A stretch of 64,000 nucleotides of DNA from Oopsacas minuta (taxonomy: Eukaryota > Animalia > Porifera). Where the stretch lies: NCBI GenBank assembly GCA_024704765.1, contig JAKMXF010000328.1, positions 119,864 to 183,863 of the forward strand, written 5' to 3'. The translations under genes were made by a program, and so were the position numbers. Below, in pieces: positions 50,760 to 64,000 of the stretch. Numbering within the stretch: the stretch's first letter is position 1; each line of letters opens with the position of its first letter. The notes under the pieces were generated by a model. It worked only from the letters and a program-made list of their open reading frames with translations. It searched no databases and had not been told where the DNA came from.

Positions 50760-53300
50760 ATGATATTTATTGAATTGTGGCGTCGCGGATCAGTTGTTAC
50801 CGTCGCTGCAAGCGCATTCACCATTCTCCTCAATTGTCTTTAACGTGTTCGATTTTGTTGCATCCTATTTCTCTTCAGTCCTTCTTGGTTGCATCATCAC
50901 TATATTACTCATTATTTGTGGCATCGAGATTAATCCTGAACTCATCACACTAATTAATGATATTTTCATTGTATTATTATGACTAAAGAAGTTATATTGT
51001 TATTTCTGAACTACCAGCTGAGATTCAATCATTTATTGAACACTCCTCTCTACTAATCAACCCTTCAAGCAGTTAATCCAATCCCTTTCTGTCAGCACCA
51101 CATCGGCAAGTTCCATTTTTGGTTCTATCTGTAAGAAGGTCACTCATGTAATTAACCAGACAAACGACATTGTCTGTGCCGAAAATAGAAGAAACATTCG
51201 TATGACATAAGGGACACAATGGGGGATTCTCTGAATACATTCAAACGGGTAATAAGTCGTCTTGCCCAGAGGAACAATTTCACGTGAGTTTTAACCTTAT
51301 TAACATAGTTTTGAGAGCAGCAATCGCTGGTAACTGCCACTTTAGTTAAGGATATAAACCCAAGCGTAGTTGCGTATTCTAAATCATCTTCATATTTATT
51401 AGATAAGTAATTTATGGAAATATGAGCATGGTGATAAGCTTCTTTTGTTTGGGCATCTACATCTTCCGCATTCCGATCTAAGTATTTATGACCAGTTCAA
51501 GAAAAGCTCTTCTGATACAAGTCTTGATTCGGAATTATTGTTAGTCAAAGCTATATTACTTGTTCAATACCACTGAATATCAAATGTCAGTTATGTATTG
51601 ATGGTGCTATGTTTTAAGGCTTAAATTGTTTCGAAATGTATATGGCTATCATTCTTTTATTGCCACAATTGAGAATATATATTCTAAATGCTTTGTGGAG
51701 TGTACTCCTTTAGTTGCATTGTGGTTATCTGAAGTCCATCTTAAAGCTGGTTTAATGTGCCAAATGTTTGAGAAGAAACTAGCAATGACGTGAATAATTT
51801 TAGTACTTGGATAAGAAAATTAGAAACTACTATGATACGAATGGTATTAAGTGTTTAGAAAGTACATATGTTGAATATTGTGTCTACTTTAAACTAATTC
51901 TGGTTATCATCTTCTCCTGCCCCACGACATCCTTGATATTGATTGTGGAAACTTAATGGAAACTTCTGAAATCCATTTCCCTCCTCAGTTGACTAGTGAT
52001 TGCGGAGAATTTTCGACAATTTAGTGAATGGAATGATATTCAATTTGTTAATTCTGCTGGCAAAACATCGTTAGTCAGAAATTGAACATATATTTTTGCT
52101 TGCAAATTTAACTTTATGTGTTGACCTATATCGTTGCTAGATACCCAAATTTTTTCACTAACCCACAAAAATATATAATTGATTGGTTAGTTTTGTATGT
52201 TGGTGTCGAGCATTGTTAGATAACTGGGCCTTTGGTTATAAAAGTTGTTTTGGCCTCCAAATTATTCTACACATATTATCGTGAATTTACATATTTTCTC
52301 AAATAGGAGAAGCCTCGAATACTCACCCCACGGTGTGAGTACAATCTTCCTCATTCAAAATGACAATTAAATATTTACATCATAGTATGTTTCACACCTT
52401 ACAGTATACCCCAATGTTTTCGACGTTTGATTACTTTCAAAGCAATATAAAAACAGATGTATATGTTGTTGTAGAATGATACAAACTAACCTCTGTGTTT
52501 CGAGCAATTATCGATAAATAAACACTTCTATAAAATTTCAGAATGAGAGGTTTACATAAGCGAGGATCGACTGTATTATAACAAAATCGATCCAAATTGG
52601 AAATTTATGTCTCTAGATCAGCGCTGTTTTTTCTAATGGTTAATCAAGGAGTGTACTACAAGTGCGTATATGTATGAGTACTTTATCATAGTATATTAGT
52701 ATATAGCCTCATACTAATTACAATTATCCATTCTATACTCGATTTCCCAACTTCAAGTACGAATGGTTGAAACTCCAAAGTTTAGTGAATTGTATAATGC
52801 ATTTTATGGCATGACATCCATTTTCAACTGCATGTTGTCAAAATTCAGATATTGATTTTTGAAGGATGATCAACCCTACTTTGTTTGAGAAAATCACCAT
52901 CAAAAAAATATGATATTTTTGTATATTGCATTATAGATTATATAATCTCTGAATCTCCTTTATCTAATGATCATGAATATAATTATATGGTAACTAGAAA
53001 TGCGTTAAATATTGGATTGTAGTGACCCTAGTTAACACTCAGCTAACTTTACAGCCATATAGGGAGTCGGGTATATACTATAAATAGGCTGTTCTCTTTA
53101 TGACAGTACTTCGACGATTATCGAGTTATAATTTGATATTCATAAACGATGTGGGTTAACGGTCCCTGCTGTATATCAATAACATGGCACTTTTTTTATG
53201 ACTTATTTATATTTTGTATTATAATTTAGAGTGCTTGTCTAACCAGTAACCCAGATTGCAAGGGCTTTTGCGAATAGCAACCTAAGAGGGACATATGAAT
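50760..53300 (+). pseudogene. Highly decayed APE-type LINE (CR1/L2-like) ORF2 relic with a degenerate 2A-like N-terminal motif
   Basis: LLIICGIEINPE at ~50905-50940, GGF/GGG endonuclease-like stretch at ~51220, TDVYVV at ~52455 and NQGV at ~52645, in the order expected for ORF2. Many stops. Confidence 0.45.
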
Positions 53301-54242
53301 TTAATTATTCCTTCATTTTACATCTCAAATATACCAAGTTACTGAAATTTTTTTGTCAATCAACATATGGGTTTTTAGGAAACTGGGAATATTTAGCATC
53401 ATTTTACCCTTCTAACAGGTCTTAGTTTCGAAAGTTTACCTGTTATTATTTCGCTACATATTTTTTTCCAAATATTTATTTCAGAATTTTGTATGATTAG
53501 ACTGTAAAATTTTCTGTTCCTGTGTAGTGCGCATGTAGAAACACAGATTACGAAAACAGCTCGCCGATGTATTCACTTATTATACTCAGAGTCGCAAGAG
53601 GCCGGTCGCTTTTGTGATTCCCCATAGGACAAAACGGCTTGTTCATAATTATGAGACTTGATTATGACCGAAATTGATTTAATGCAAATCATATGGAAAT
53701 GATTTTATTTGGACCACAAACTGAGTTCATAATATGAGAATGTTGACGATATCTACCCCTGACTTTGTGTTTGTAGATGATCCTATTACGATTTTGCAAT
53801 AAATTTGAACAAATATAGCTTCTTGACCACTTTATAGCCTACCATAAATTCGGAATAGCATACCATGAATCATGTTTTTGGGCAGAAAAGCAGACAAACC
53901 TATAAATAATCAAACAAACACAATTTAGATTTAATAATATAGATGAATGAAAACTCACTATTTTCAAGGATGTATTTAATTTACGAAAATTGGCTAATAA
54001 ATGTCTCATTACATCCTCTCTATGCATGAAGATATTCAATTTTTCAACTACTGTAGAATCTCATTAAAACTTATACCAGCGGAACTTCAAAATGTGTACT
54101 CCTTATCCGGAGTACGTATTAACTTGAGCAAAATCAAATGAAAAACTATTGTAGGGACTTGGTTTTGTATACTTTTTTGTTCCAATTATTCTGAAATTCT
54201 TTTCAACCGTGTTCGTACTAAGGAAGTTCTACTATATATTAA

Positions 54243-54484
<242 letters not shown>

Positions 54485-54843
54485 ATAATAATAATAATAA
54501 AATCTTTCCGGTAGGAGACAAAATTTGTCACGATTTGGGATGAGAGACAAATATATTACTAACATGGCCTTATGCTCAAATTGCAATAAGATCATCTTAA
54601 ACACATATATTAGGAAAATACTTTGGTGAAGCTGTTGATAGTCGTTATCTGTATCTACATAAATAGCAAGGTGGTGCAACTGAATAGTTCAATATTCGGT
54701 TACCAACCGAATATCAGTATTCATATTCTGTATGAGTAAGCAAATATTATCAGTATTCGATAAGACAGCTATTCATTAATACTGATATTCGGTTCCCTCG
54801 GTTTCAACCTCGATAAATATGTATAGAAATTTACAGTCTATAT

Positions 54844-55317
54844 CAGGGGTCGGCAACTGGCGGCCCGCGGGCCAAATTCGGCCGCAAAACATTCTCATGG
54901 CCCGCCGTAGAATGGGCTACAACCTTATTATATTACCATAATATTCTACTTACGTATATTCATTGATAGCATTAGAAATCTGCTCATCACTTTCATAAAT
55001 TTCCCGATTGATATTTCAAAAGCAGTGTCAGAGTGCAAGAATTATCAGTTCTCACATTAAATGTAATCACATACTGCATTTAGTAAATGGTGATTGATAC
55101 ATGTTAGTTAGCTGTGTTAATTATGGCTATGAAGTTTGTACTGACTGGAAGTAATAATAATTTTTTGCTAAAATAGATACATCAATTCTTTCAAGGACTT
55201 TCGTAGAATTAGTGGATATTCACTATATATGTGTATCAACAAATAGTCATCTAGTGGCCAGCACATCTATGAAAAGAGTTTATATGGCCCGCACTCAAAT
55301 AAAATTGCCGACCCCTG
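54844..55317. mobile_element. hAT Buster-type MITE
   Basis: TIR CAGGGGTCGGCAA / TTGCCGACCCCTG, ggcccgc subterminal motifs, and 8-bp flanks GTCTATAT / GCCTAAAT (6/8, nnnTAnnn). Confidence 0.88.
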
Positions 55318-56102
55318 GCCTAAATCAGACAAAATTCTAAAATAGATATTAGGAAAGTATGTATTGAAATAATACCGAATACATTTTCGAAACTCAGACC
55401 CATGAGGAGGGTAAAATATTAGTAATGTGTTTATTTTCATAAAATACTTTCAGTATTTGAGATATAAATGACGGAATAATTTAATTGCAAATTCCCTCCA
55501 ACGTTGTTAGATGCTAGCCAGCAATCTAGGTTGATGGTTAGACAAGCTTTAATTTATATACATCATTGCTTATTCATTAACATGACTGAAGGAGTCGTTA
55601 CAAATGAATTTCCATTGTTCAGCTAGGAAATACTCTTTAGATATTGACTGTGTACATTGTCAAATATCAATAATACATTTATTTTCCTCAGAATGTACTA
55701 TTGTAATTTATCGCGACTAAGATATTTCCCGTGGTAAATTTGGGGTATTTAATCAATCCCTGTCCAAGGTTTTAGTGAACATCATTGCTTTTTGTTTAGA
55801 ATGCTATAGTTCAATATATATGTAGTCTGTTAAATTATTATTTAGAATGGAGATGTTTTGTTACAAAAGCTCAATACTTTGTCATACTTCACTCAAGCTA
55901 CTTGTGTTTCGCTGTCCATAATGGCTTAATGATATATTTTGCTAAAATTCCTTGAACCAAGTCATTATCTTATTGTTTCCGGAAATTTTACTCTTTAGTA
56001 TTAATTATGACGTCATGAAAATATTCTTTTGGACCTCCATTACTATTATTTACCTTAATTATTTACCTTAATTATTTCCCTACTTGACAATTAGCTCTGA
56101 AA

Positions 56103-57072
56103 ATGACTCAATACGAGAAGAGGGAAATTGTGAAGACACTTCTACAATTTGGAAAGCTTTTCCCTAAGGAAATCTCAGTTAATTGTGGGATTTCCTTAGC
56201 TACAGTTTATAATGTTGAACGCCGATTAGATGAAGGTGTATCGCTATCTCACCAAAAGGGCGCAGGGGCACCCAATTACTTGCGATCTTCCATCAGATTG
56301 TCTATTCTTCACCAGGTACGATGTAAACCATACCTCTCTTTGCGAACATTAGCAAGTCGTACAGGTAATAAGGCTTACTATCAGACTGTCCGAAGAGTGT
56401 TGAAGGACCAATCTTACAACAAACCTTACCCTATTCAGATCCCTACGCTGAGTGAAAAAATCGTATGTATAGGATAGAATGTGCAGAAAAGTACAAATAC
56501 CTGAAGAAACAATGGGCTCAGACGATATTTCTTGGCGAGATGTCAATCGGGCTCTCAAGGGGAAGATTAAGGATGTGGACAAAATCCATCAAAAAAGGAT
56601 CGCCCCAACAACGAAGCATGTCCCAAAGATACGAGTGTGGGCTGCATTCTCATCTATATGTACATTCCCGTTGTGCATTTTCACTAACAATATGAACAGT
56701 GAAATGTTTTTAGATATAATGGAAGGATAATTGATAACTCAGGCATAGGTACATTATGAAAGTCACTGGCGATTGGTGATGGATAATGATCCAAAACACA
56801 CCTCGCAAAAGGCCGTACCTGGTTGGCACAAAATGTACCAAATCAGATTATATGGCCTTCACAAAATCCCGATCTTAACGGTATTGAAAATTTATTCGCA
56901 TAGGTGAAGCGAGAGATACTTAAGCTAGGCCCAAGGACAATTCCAGACCTGAAACTCAATTTAGAAGCGGTCTGGAATCGTATTCAACCAGATTTTCTCA
57001 AACCTTACTGGTAATCAGTGCCCAGAAGATGCCAACTGCTAGTAAAGCGCAACGGGTATCCTAATAATTATT
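56103..57072 (+). pseudogene. Tc1-like (DD34E) transposase pseudogene
   Basis: HTH ORF 56103-56477, then frameshifted KIRVWAAFS, MDNDPKHT...WPSQNPDLNGIENL. TIRs not identified. Confidence 0.8.
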
Positions 57073-57444
57073 AAGATCTATTACTTCACTCTCAATTTGG
57101 GGCATATATGGCAATGTATACCATAACTCTAATAATTTTGGTTTAAGTACCAATTCTAAATAAATATTGTAACAGATTGTATATATATTTATCTAACTGC
57201 TGCAAAATTTTCGCTGATTACGAATATGACCTGGAGGAAATTGAAATAGCTAGCATGCATGACAACACGGCGATTTCTAATCGGACTATTATTTAAATTA
57301 GCTGACAAGGGTCGACATTTGCAGTTCTTCATTGCCTTCGGTCTAAAATGTTCTCCATGATTCCAAATATCAGTCAGAGAAGTTTGATGGTTTTACCACA
57401 ATTTGCACGATATATTTGATAGCAGCCCTGACTACTTTATTTAT

Positions 57445-57608
57445 TTACAATAGTAAACTCCCGTTACAACCAAGTCGGATCTAACGAAATTCCGTTTATA
57501 ACCAAGTGATTATTTATTCTTATAGGTCAAAGTATTTGATTGATATTTGTCAGCTTATACCGAATTGATATCGGGGTCCAGAGTGCTTCATTATACGAGT
57601 GTTCACTG
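57445..57608. mobile_element. pogo-like MITE relic (similar relics at ~50155-50250, ~54050-54170, ~59790-59968)
   Basis: Ends resembling TACAGT(G/A)(A/G)AC-C-CGTTA(T/C)A..., terminating in cactgta. Confidence 0.5.
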
Positions 57609-58249
57609 TATGTGCAAATAGTTTTCTTAAATTGATTTATTTTATTCTATCCTAACTACATTCAGTTATCATCAATAAATCTATTATATCATAAGTTAAG
57701 TTGACTAATTCATTAAAATCGTTGAGAATAATGAATTATACATGAATGATTCCTTTTATTATATCATGAATGATTCAATTTACAAACTATGCTATTAAAA
57801 CTCGATTATTCTAATGTATATATCAATTTATTTGATTTCCAAAATTCTTCTTGATATTGTGAAGTATTCAAAAAGCATTATTTATTTTCAACCTAATGAA
57901 TAATGAATTAGCCAATTTAGACCCTAAGGCCACTGTTATTGGGAAATTTGTCATCGGGAGAAATTGTTCATTCTTAAAATACGGCAATGACTTAAGTGAA
58001 ATTTGATATTTTTATGCTAGGAGAAGGGAGAGTGATCTAAATCATACTATTCGCATGTTTATACACCCTGTAGTTGAATTACGCTGGTAAATGTTAAAAT
58101 GATGGCAATAACGGCAATATTCGTGCTGTAGCCAATTCAAAAGCGAGCGGTGGAGCTGAAATATGTTTCCAAATAATACTCCCTGGTGTAGCTAGAAATT
58201 CTGCTTAAATTCTTATAGTATTGATATTTTCTGTTGATTCTTTTCGTAG

Positions 58250-58651
58250 GATGACATATTTACTGAATTTGAAGCTAAAGAATGTTCTATGAGTGCGGAT
58301 GAGTGGATTTCTGGAAAAACAAGTGGTCGTAAGATGATCAAGTTCGTCCCACCAGGAACCAAGCATGAACCTTCTTTTATTAAGTATGTCAAAGAAATAG
58401 ATACTTCATTGGTTCCCGCAGATCAGACACTGATTGGTGGTAAAGTTGTCAGTGATAATTGGGAGGCTTCAACTAGCACAGAAAGTTATGATCTCCTTAA
58501 AAAAGAATTTGAAGCAAAGTGCCAGGAGGTTTCTTCCCTTAAATCCCAACTTGAAATTCAGGATAGTAAAGTATTGCAACTAAGGGATGAGATTGAATCT
58601 CTCCGTTCTGAATTGAAATCAACTGTTTCCGATTCTAACCTTGAGATCTGA
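58250..58651 (+). CDS. coro: Coronin, terminal exon (conserved C-terminal extension, linker and coiled coil)
   Basis: Acceptor ttttcgtag|GAT. Splicing gives VPRKASGFQ|DDIF...SADEWISG, matching coronin VPRKSxxFQxDxY...SAxEWxSG, followed by a heptad-rich coiled coil and TGA at 58649-58651. Confidence 0.88.
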   Translation, partial: DDIFTEFEAKECSMSADEWISGKTSGRKMIKFVPPGTKHEPSFIKYVKEIDTSLVPADQTLIGGKVVSDNWEASTSTESYDLLKKEFEAKCQEVSSLKSQLEIQDSKVLQLRDEIESLRSELKSTVSDSNLEI

Positions 58652-59479
58652 TTCTGTATTTCTGACTATATTTATTTTTTGTGCATATTCATAAAGGAAT
58701 TTTCTTTAGCATATACATTAGTATTATTCATTTGTAGTATTCTCGGTTTACTTGATCTTGGCTGATACTCTAGCAATTAGCTTCCTCAGAGAAGATGTTT
58801 ATACTTTCATTATAATTTACATTCCTCCATTTCACTATTTATCTTTCTTGGATTCTTTTTCTATCTTCTTTGTATTCGTTCTGTATATTCCTTGAAAATA
58901 ATTTTGTTTATTATATATTAGTTATCTACATGTACAGACTTAATGATTGTTTTGCTTGGTAAGATTATGATCTGCTCTACTGTTATAATGTATGTGATAG
59001 TGATTCATGATGAATTTTGCTATTGTTTAAGATTCTTGAAGGCAAAATACAAAGGTCAATACTCTCCCTATTATGGATAATATTATTTAAATTTCCTTAT
59101 TATGATTCAGAAGTACTATAAATTTATGCTAGGCATCTAAAAGGCAATTCGGTTATCAATGAAATCTAATACGGTTTAGCTATATGAATATAAAATCGAT
59201 TATATTACGGAGGTTCAATAGTTCTGATCACTAAGGTTTGTAGAGATGTTGATTATATTTTGATTAATTGTCTACTAGTTAGTTTTTAGTTCATTGTGGT
59301 TGATTGAGTGATTCCTAACTTATCGCGAATTTCGATCCGCCGATTTACATAGTGAAATATTACGGACATCAGACTGGAAATAAAAAATTGAACTAACAGC
59401 CTGCATCAAGATTCATACGCTCCTCAGGAAACACTGCGCATGAAATCAAACCTTGATTTGATGCAAGTTTATAATATGA

Positions 59480-59690
59480 AGTGTGCTTTATTTTATGCTG
59501 TAATGGGAAATGGACTCAGCGTTTTAGGTCTCGCCTGGAGGCTGTCGAAGATTACCCTCGATCTGGAGCTGTTATCCTTAAGTCATCACATGCTGTGAAA
59601 AATATTATTGATTTAGCCGCTCGTATTGCTGTCTTGGCTCTTGCTCGTAATTTTGAGTTTTCAATGGAAAGTGTTGAGCTATTTTGAAGT
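59480..59690 (+). pseudogene. Mariner transposase N-terminal fragment
   Basis: KWTQRFRSRLEAVEDYPRSG...RIAV resembles mariner W-xRF-SG-ESVEDDPRSGRP...RIT. Confidence 0.6.
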
Positions 59691-60989
59691 CGCACAAAGA
59701 ACTATTTCATAAATAAGCTAAATATAACGCATTATGCTCTCCCAGCGATCTAGAAACCAAAGAGCAATAGAAGTCACTGTGTCCTAGCATACAATGGTAC
59801 TTCGTTAATACTAACACGGTTAAAACGAGTTTCGGATAAAACGAACAATAATTAAACATCATCAGTTCCCTATAGTGGAAATCCAATAGATATCACTGTT
59901 AATACGAATCCCGGATAAGATAAGCAAGTTTCCCGTCCTTTGGTGTTCGTAGTAACGGGGTTCCACTGTATATCAATAAGGTATTACGCATACTATTTTT
60001 GGGGAGAAAGACTTCTCTCAAGATATTTAATTGAACAATAGAAGTTTCCAAAGAATTCAGAATAGAAATATTAGGCTATATTTACTACAAGCCGCTTCTC
60101 TTGCTCACACTGCGGGGCTTGCGAAAGCTTTGTGCTCGCATGGACTCGGTACTCCGTGCCTCGAATTCAGCAAAGGACAAAAATGCAAAATTGAATGACT
60201 AAGTTAATATTTCAACAATTTGTTTACTTTATATTCATAAAAACAACCAGATTTTAGATAAGAAAAACCAAAACATGCGAAATTCGGATCCAGCATACTT
60301 TGTCATCCCATTGTAGCCGAAAGAGCAAGTCTCTAAGTGTATTTCGAGATTTATTTATTTGTTTACTTTATATTCATGAAAATAACATTAATTTGCCTAT
60401 AAAATTTGGAATCAGCGTACTTGATTGAGGGACGCAGCCAGAGCGTAGTATAAGGGTTTGGGGATATCACTCTGGTCATGACAATTTTTGATACAGTAGC
60501 TACTAGCCAGATTGTAATGTTTGAGTGAGGGATCTCTTGTATTTTTCGTTTTGTTTTTATGAATATTAGGTATCAAATGAAGTAGACAATATAAAATCAA
60601 TTAATAATACTTTATAGTGCCTCTAATAGAGTGCTACTCTAATTAAATTAAATTAAAATACAATGCTGTCGGCACAGATTCTAATTTTTAGTCTCTAAAG
60701 AATATAGTAAAGTATATGCGCCAAGTTGCGAGGGTTAGAGAGGTTTGATACTTCCTGTTTTTCAGGGGGCCTTCCCCCCTGATTTGGGAGTGTATATCCC
60801 TCTTATTTAGGGAGGATATACTTCGTTATACCCTTTGTATTCGGGTAGGGCATTCCTAAACTAGTTATGGAGCGGTAATACATCTTTTAATCACTAAGGT
60901 TATATCCCTAGGTGTTTGAGGGAGTTAAAGCCGTAGTACTCATGGAGCGTATAAATTCTTACTTGTAAATCTAGACTTGGTAAATATAT

Positions 60990-62430
60990 AAATGTTTCGC
61001 AAATAGAAGTTGATTATTGCTGGGCCATGATTCAAAGTGGTAGTATTTCAACTATATAAATATAATACAGTATTTAGACAATTTTTGGAGAAATAAATTG
61101 GTAGAAAGTGGATAAGCCACTCAAAAAGTTACTCTTATGTATATTTGGTAAAATTAGAAATCATACAATTTTGAGGAGGTAGTACAATATTTAGACTTGG
61201 TGGAAGGTATTCTCACACCTATAATAAGCCATTAATTAGTAGAAATATTGCACTACTTGAAAGTTATGCAAAGGAAGAAGTAATTGATGGGCAAACTATT
61301 ATTGATATTGAAACGCAGAAAAGTATAGTAATATAGAGTATGGGCCTACTCATAAAGATCAATCGCCTTTGGGATATATTTTCACAGCCATTTATAAAGA
61401 CAGTTACAAAGAAATTATAATAGCCACAAACATATTTCTCTCTAATAATAAATTTTCCTTTCCTACTATATTAGAGTATGTAATTACATATTATATGCCC
61501 ATAATTTTATTATTGAGTAATTTGGTGTTAATAGTTTTGTAAATGGTCCATTAATACGTATCGATGCAGTCGTAGTGAATTGGAATATAATTATAAAAGA
61601 TACTATTTTGAATCCAGGTAATGAGTTTAGACCAGGAGATTTTATCAGAAAAATGTTAAAAATTGTCTCATAACAGGGAGAGTGTCAGCTTTTAGCATGG
61701 AGTTTAAAGAAGTAGCTATAAAGTTATTTTCTATATGCAAAAACTAAAGCGAGCTATCATGAATGTCAGGAAGTTTGGAAAAAAGAAAGATATGTAAAAA
61801 TAATTAGCTATATAGTTCGAACGTCTCTAAATGCACTACCCTACTATAGATAAATTATAAGACCCCTGTTGTTAATAATAAACACAGAACACGGCAAATA
61901 TCAATAATTTAAGAATGGTCTCCTAAATTACTGAGCAGAAACAAAGGTTAACGTTAGTACTGATTATGATGATGTGATATTTGTTTGTACAAAGTCATAT
62001 AAAATACCTGGCTATCATACTTTAAACAGGTTATCATAGAAGCACATAGCCGAAAAATTTGGATTAACATACCACCAAAACCTTATATACGGTAATACTA
62101 TCCTAGACCTCAATTTACAGCATAATGTACCATCCAAACTTGAGACAACCATTGCAGATGGAAATTGCCTGTTTCGTACACTATCACAAGCATTAACTGA
62201 TTCTCAGGAAAACCATATTCAAATTATAATTCTTATCACAATGGACTGATTAACTCACTTAATAATCTTTGGACGGAGTATCTATTAACAAAAGTGTATA
62301 TACAAAGTCTTATTATGAAACATAACACAATATGTAGATAGATAAAGGATGACAATAGTAGGAGTTTGGGGAACAACTCTAGAACTTTTGATATCTCAAA
62401 TTTTTTTGGCATTGATATATCGGTATATTA
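60990..62430 (+). pseudogene. Second NOF-like Mutator transposase plus OTU domain relic
   Basis: EVDYCWAMIQS, SPFGIYF, ILEYVITYYMP and FRPGDFIRK parallel the 43-45 kb copy. ADGNCLFRTLSQAL at ~62155 and WGTTLEL at ~62365 are OTU motifs. Confidence 0.65.
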
Positions 62431-62439
62431 AACAGGTTT

Positions 62440-63300
62440 AGTGTCTCTCTTCATGGTATCTCTTGTACAAGATGGACTAGGCATTGCCAGGAATCCATTC
62501 AGCATTGAATTTACTTCTGGAACTCAATCTTTCTGTAACGCTAAAAGTGAAGTTTTTAGTGCGATCAAATATGTTTTTCGCTTGAATACATCTTCACATC
62601 AGCAGTATAGCATAAACTTTTGCTTAGCTATTCATCAAAGTAATCAAATGATCGATGCACGAGATGCAAACATTGATGTTGAAGAAACGAATTTGGATGA
62701 TCTTCTGACTAAAACTCAAAATTTTAAGAAATTTTTGGCCTTCTATCTTTGAAGAAGCAAAGGATGTGGCCGAAGCTTTATAATTAATGCACAATTTCCA
62801 GTAGTAAGAAAATGTAAAAAGAGTGAAATTTTATGATATGTGTGATCTTGAAACAGCTGAAAAATATTCACAAATCACTGGTGAAGAGAAATTTCAAAAG
62901 GTATTCCCCCATATCACTGGCCCTTTTGTGAAGGCTTGGATAAGCGGTATAAAGCATCTTATAGGATAAATCTGCTCCTCCAAATAAATATATTTGGAAT
63001 TGCCTGTAGATAATATAATTAGTGAATGAAATGAATTTATAAATATATATGGAGAAGATTTATTTACACAGAGCTTCGAGATGAATTCTACATCTTAAAA
63101 ATGGATATTGCTAACCTTTAGGAAATTCATTGAATCCGCTGCAACTTCTTAACACGATTCTAAGAATGAAACTGGAAGAAATTTTTCCAAATACTTGCAT
63201 TGCATGACGAATCTTCTTACCTGCACTATTGCTACAGCAGAATGTTCGTTTTAGTAAACTCAAGTTAATTAAAAAATACTTGCGAAGTACAATGTTATAA
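62440..63300 (+). pseudogene. hAT Tip100-type transposase C-terminal relic
   Basis: LHGISCTRW and EEIFPNTCIA...SKLKLIKKYLRSTM (hAT dimerisation region), frameshifted. Confidence 0.7.
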
Positions 63301-63307
63301 AGCAGAT

Positions 63308-64000
63308 CAGAGCTGCAAATGGGTCACTGACCTATGGGTCAATGGGTCAGATGGGTCAGTGGGTCATGGGTCATGACCCATCAAAATTTTATTTATATAC
63401 TATGTAGGCTTAAAAGAGTTATTTGTCAATTAGAAAACCTTCTAAAAAGAGTTAATAGAGGTGGTCATTCTACTAAATGTTTGGAATACTACAAGTGAGA
63501 GTCATATTATGTCTTCAGGTGTAGTAACTGCAATCATCAATTAAGTTTTCGTGTCTTAATCTTATCGGCAAACCTACTATGTACAATATTACCGGAATCT
63601 TAGGATTGCAATTCAAATAGACAGAAATCTTCAAGTATAAATATATATCTAGACTGACAGTTTTCATTTATATATTCCTCTGAGATCTACTTACTGTTGT
63701 AAATGTCTAACAACTGTGAAGATGTAAGGGCTGCTCTCCACCATGGTGATATGTTCTTATGCAACAACGACGACCCAAAGTGCAAAGCAGATGTGTGGAA
63801 GAAATTCCGATTGATAAAAATCAAAGCAACTAATGAATTACTATTTGGTTGGTCAGCCTGTAAAGATTGCTTCGTATGTCTAAAATTCAAAGCAAAACAA
63901 ACTGATGGCTCTGTTAGATTATATGGAACTAAAAATCTCGCGGACCATTGCAAAACCTGCTCCCCCAAAGGGGAAACTCAATCTTCTGTAGCAAGTTTTT
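63308..64000 (-). mobile_element. One end of a hAT element (runs out of window)
   Basis: CAGAGCTGCAAATGGGTCA terminus with ~6 TGGGTCA subterminal repeats. The minus-strand ORF ...NSLVALIFINRN resembles the end of the hAT dimerisation domain. Confidence 0.6.

Overview
AT-rich eukaryotic (probably invertebrate animal) genomic DNA. The only host gene I can support is a coronin on the + strand, with three internal/terminal exons (5102-5431, 15560-15892, 58250-58651) joined by a 10.1-kb and a 42.4-kb GT-AG intron. Its 5' exons are not identifiable in this window. Almost everything else is transposon-derived. It includes Tc1/mariner elements (two DD37E, one intact DD37D maT, several DD34D/DD34E relics), hAT elements (one full-length with 8-bp TSD, plus Buster and Tip100 relics and MITEs), a Chapaev element, a Transib-like non-autonomous element, two NOF-like Mutator relics carrying OTU protease domains, LINE/Penelope relics, and a near-intact 7-exon Ginger1 element. 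The most notable signals are: (i) a canonical type III hammerhead ribozyme on the minus strand just downstream of the Ginger stop codon, inside a ~220-nt structured unit that recurs with compensatory stem changes in the unrelated Transib-like element; (ii) a USP/papain-like protease domain fused to the Ginger integrase; (iii) a five-level nested transposon stack inside the giant coronin intron. All alignments and folds were done by eye, with no database searches.
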